Positions 61,510-64,000 of a stretch of 64,000 nt of DNA are shown here, in pieces; position 1 is the stretch's first letter, and each line of letters opens with the position of its first letter. The stretch is taken from NCBI GenBank assembly GCA_965203055.1, contig OZ241863.1, forward strand, positions 416,001 through 480,000. The letters are read 5' to 3'. A model generated the notes under the pieces. The model was not told where the DNA came from. It worked only from the letters and a program-made list of their open reading frames with translations, and made no database searches. The translations under genes were made by a program, and so were the position numbers. The DNA is from Spirochaetia bacterium (GTDB taxonomy: Bacteria > Spirochaetota > Spirochaetia > SZUA-6 > Bin103).

Positions 61510-63470
61510 CTAATCGGTTAGCTCCACCAGAAGCTGCTTGCCGGCCAGCGTCTGGCGCGCCCAATAGAGGTTCTGGTATTGATCGTAGCCGCCCGAGGCC
61601 AAGTTCGCCGTGCCGGTCGCGGTGGTGCCGCTGGCCGGCGCCGAAAAGGTCACGGTCGGGGCAGATTGGTAGCCGCTTCCCCCGTTCGTGACCGTCACCG
61701 ACGCTACGCGCAGGGCCGCGGTGCCGGCGGCCGTGGTGCCGGCGCCCGGCGCCGCTCCGAAGGTCACGGTGGGGGCGGAGGTGTAGCCGCTCCCCCCGTT
61801 CGTGATCGTCACCGACGCTACGCCGTAGCGCAGCACCGCAGTGCCGGCGGCGGTGGTGCCGCCGCTCGGCGCTGCGCCGAAGGTCACGGTTGGGACAGAG
61901 GTGTAGCCGCTCCCCCCGTTCGTGATCGTCACCGACGCTACGCCGTAGCGCAGCACCGCGGTGCCGGCGGCGGTGGTGCCGGCGCCCGGCGCTGCGCCGA
62001 AGGTCACGGTTGGGACAGAGGTGTAGCCGCTCCCAGGGTTCGTGATCGTTACCTCCGCTACGCCGCTTTGCAGCACCGCGGTGCCGGTTGCCGTCTGGGA
62101 GTTGAGGCCCGATGCTGCGCCGAAGGTCACGGTCGGGGCAGAGGTGTAGCCGCTTCCGGGGTTCGTGATCGTCACTTCCAGTATTCTTCTGGCCCATACA
62201 TACGCGGTGGCGACGGCGCCGCTGCCCCCTCCTCCCGAAAACGTAACGGTCGGGCGGGAGGTGTAGCCGCTCCCCCGGTTCGTTATGGTTACGCTGAGCA
62301 CACCACCGCCCTGTATCGTCGCGGTTCCGGTTGCCTGCGTGCCACCGGCCTGCTGCGGAGCGCCAAAGGTCACGGTTGGGGCGGACGTGTAACCGCTCCC
62401 CGCGTTCGTAACGAGCACGGTAAATAGTTCGGGCCGGCGCGTTGCGGTGCCGGTCGCGGTGGTGCCGCCGGACGGCGGAGCGCTGAACGTCACGGTCGGG
62501 TCACCATTTGGATAGTTCCCGTTGATCACCATCGTCACTGACGTTACGCCGCTTTGCAGCACCGCGGTGCCGGTTGCCGTGGTGCCGCCGGACGGCGGCG
62601 CTCCAAACGTGACGCTGGGAACCGACGTGTAGCCGCTCCCGGCGGTCCCGACCGTCACCGAATCGACGTACCTGGGCCCAACGACGGTGCCGGTTGCCGT
62701 GGCGCCGCCGGCCGGCGCCGCTCCGAACGTCACGGTGGGAACCGACGCATAGCCGCTTCCTGCAGTTCCCACCGTCACCGAATCGACGGTACCGGAGCCC
62801 ACCGCGGCGCCGGTTGCCGTAGTGCCGCCGGCCGTCGGCGTCCCGAACGTCACGGTGGGAACCGACGCGTAGCCGTTCCCGGCGGTCCCGACCGTCACGG
62901 AATCGACGGAGCCCGCCGCGGCGCCGGTTGCCGTGGTGCCGCCGGCCGTCGGCGCCCCGAACGTGACGCTGGGAACCGACGCATAGCCGCTTCCCGGGTT
63001 CGCTATCGTGACCGACTCGACCGTGTCGGAGGCGCCCGACTGATCCGGGGCGGTGAGCACCAGCGCCACCGCGCCCGCCCGCACCTCGGCGGCAACCGTC
63101 CACTCCGCGCCGGAGAGATCGGACGCGAAGACCGGCTTGGCGCTCGTGCTGGTGAACGGCAGCTCGTGCCCGCCAATCGAAACGCGCACGGCGCCGCCGG
63201 TGAGCCGCTCCCACGCATACGGCGCGGAACGGCTGGACACGGCGCCCGTCAGGTTCGGTTCATCATCGCCAAAGTCAGCCGCGTTGATCGTCCAGCGCTT
63301 CTCCGCCGGCGCTGCCGGCTGCGGAGTTGGCGCGGGCTCGGTCGGCGGTTTACCCCCCCCCCTTGGGCCGGGTCGGCGGGCGCAACGGCCGGGCGCGCCG
63401 CCTGGGAACAGGCCATCAGCGCGGCGATGCCGGCGGCCAGCAACAGCAATAACGGCGATACCTTACTCAC
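61510..63470 (-). CDS. Repeat-rich surface lipoprotein copy 2, split by a frameshift at a G10 tract
   Basis: GGAGG plus GTG 63470, same lipobox, G10 at 63353-63362, -1 frame open to the stop at 61510. Twelve repeats. Confidence 0.85.
63353..63362 (-). repeat. G10 homopolymer (slippage site), copy 2
   Basis: C10 on the + strand with the same frame offset as copy 1. Confidence 0.9.
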
Positions 63471-63699
63471 GTTCCCTCCGGTGGCGTGTCCGCCCGTCGG
63501 TCATGGTAGCACGCGCCCCCCAAGCTGACCACCCGTCCCCGCGCGGGCGTGGGCGGGCGCGCCGCTCCGGTGGTCGCCTGCGGGTCGATCGGCTATCATG
63601 CGAGGCGAGATGAGCGAGTTCCCGGAGCGGATGGCCGGTCAGCGCGATCCCGGCGTCCCTGCGCAGACCCCGCGCGAGCGCTGCCGGCCCTGACCGGCC

Positions 63700-64000
63700 A
63701 TGCAGCCGCGCACGCGCTTCATCCTCAACGACCGCGAGGTTGAGACCGCGGCCCCGGCCGGGCTGCTGCTGCTCGACTACCTGCGCGCCGGCGCGCGCCT
63801 GACCGGCACCAAGGAGGGCTGCAAGGAGGGCGACTGCGGCGCCTGCGCGGTCCTGATCGGGGAGCTTCAGGGCGGCGCCGTCCGCTACCAGCCGGTCACC
63901 TCCTGTCTGGTGCCGCTGGCCGAGGCGCACGGCGCGCACGTGGTGACCATCGAAGGGTGCAATCCGGCGGTCGGGCTCGACCCCGTGCAGCGCGCGGTGG
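63700..64000 (+). CDS. xdhA: Xanthine dehydrogenase small subunit (2Fe-2S), runs off the window
   Basis: LLDYLR...LTGTKEGCKEGDCGACAV...SCL...VVTIEG. Confidence 0.88.
   Translation, partial: MQPRTRFILNDREVETAAPAGLLLLDYLRAGARLTGTKEGCKEGDCGACAVLIGELQGGAVRYQPVTSCLVPLAEAHGAHVVTIEGCNPAVGLDPVQRAV

Larger units (their letters stand above)
58965..63513. repeat. Direct duplication of a ~2.03 kb unit (about 58965-61006 and 61484-63513)
   Basis: Both copies run from aaagctcc...ccggcggcctaatcgg to catggtagcacg. Near-identical except for the centre. Confidence 0.95.

Noticed and set aside
59100..63010. The ~120-bp periodic repeats as a CRISPR array or DGR template/variable repeat pair
   Set aside because: The repeats are in-frame coding units without unique spacers. 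No cas or reverse transcriptase gene is present, and the differences between copies include indels and are not adenine-specific.
46021..64000. tRNA-Gly-anchored integrative island
   Set aside because: No integrase and no duplicated tRNA 3' end seen within the window.

Overview
High-GC bacterial chromosome segment, very likely Spirochaetota. The inference rests on gene order: ffh-rpsP-khpA-rimM-trmD-rplS, coaD-rpmF-acpP-rnc-cca, mltG-dnaG-rpoD-zinc ribbon-rnpB-TPR-mreBCD-mrdA-rodA, and PUR protein-rnhB-short smc. Bases 1-46 kb are mostly housekeeping genes, including RNase P RNA and tRNA-Tyr, -Thr and -Gly. Within this part lies a cluster of a catalytically degenerate S41 protease, two TolB-like lipoproteins and an FtsH-like protease. 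Bases 46-51.4 kb hold a sugar ABC transporter and a sulfatase. Bases 51.5-64 kb are an accessory zone: AAA-PDDEXK, an alphaCTD/sigma4-like protein, and about 7.5 kb of remnants and inserts between xdhC and xdhA. The most striking feature is a direct duplication of a ~2 kb gene for a predicted surface lipoprotein. In both copies the signal peptide is one base out of frame with the body at a G10 tract. Each body has 12 ~40-aa beta repeats arranged symmetrically, and divergence between the copies is concentrated in the central four. This looks like a switchable, variable-tip fibrillar adhesin system. All calls were made by eye, without database searches.
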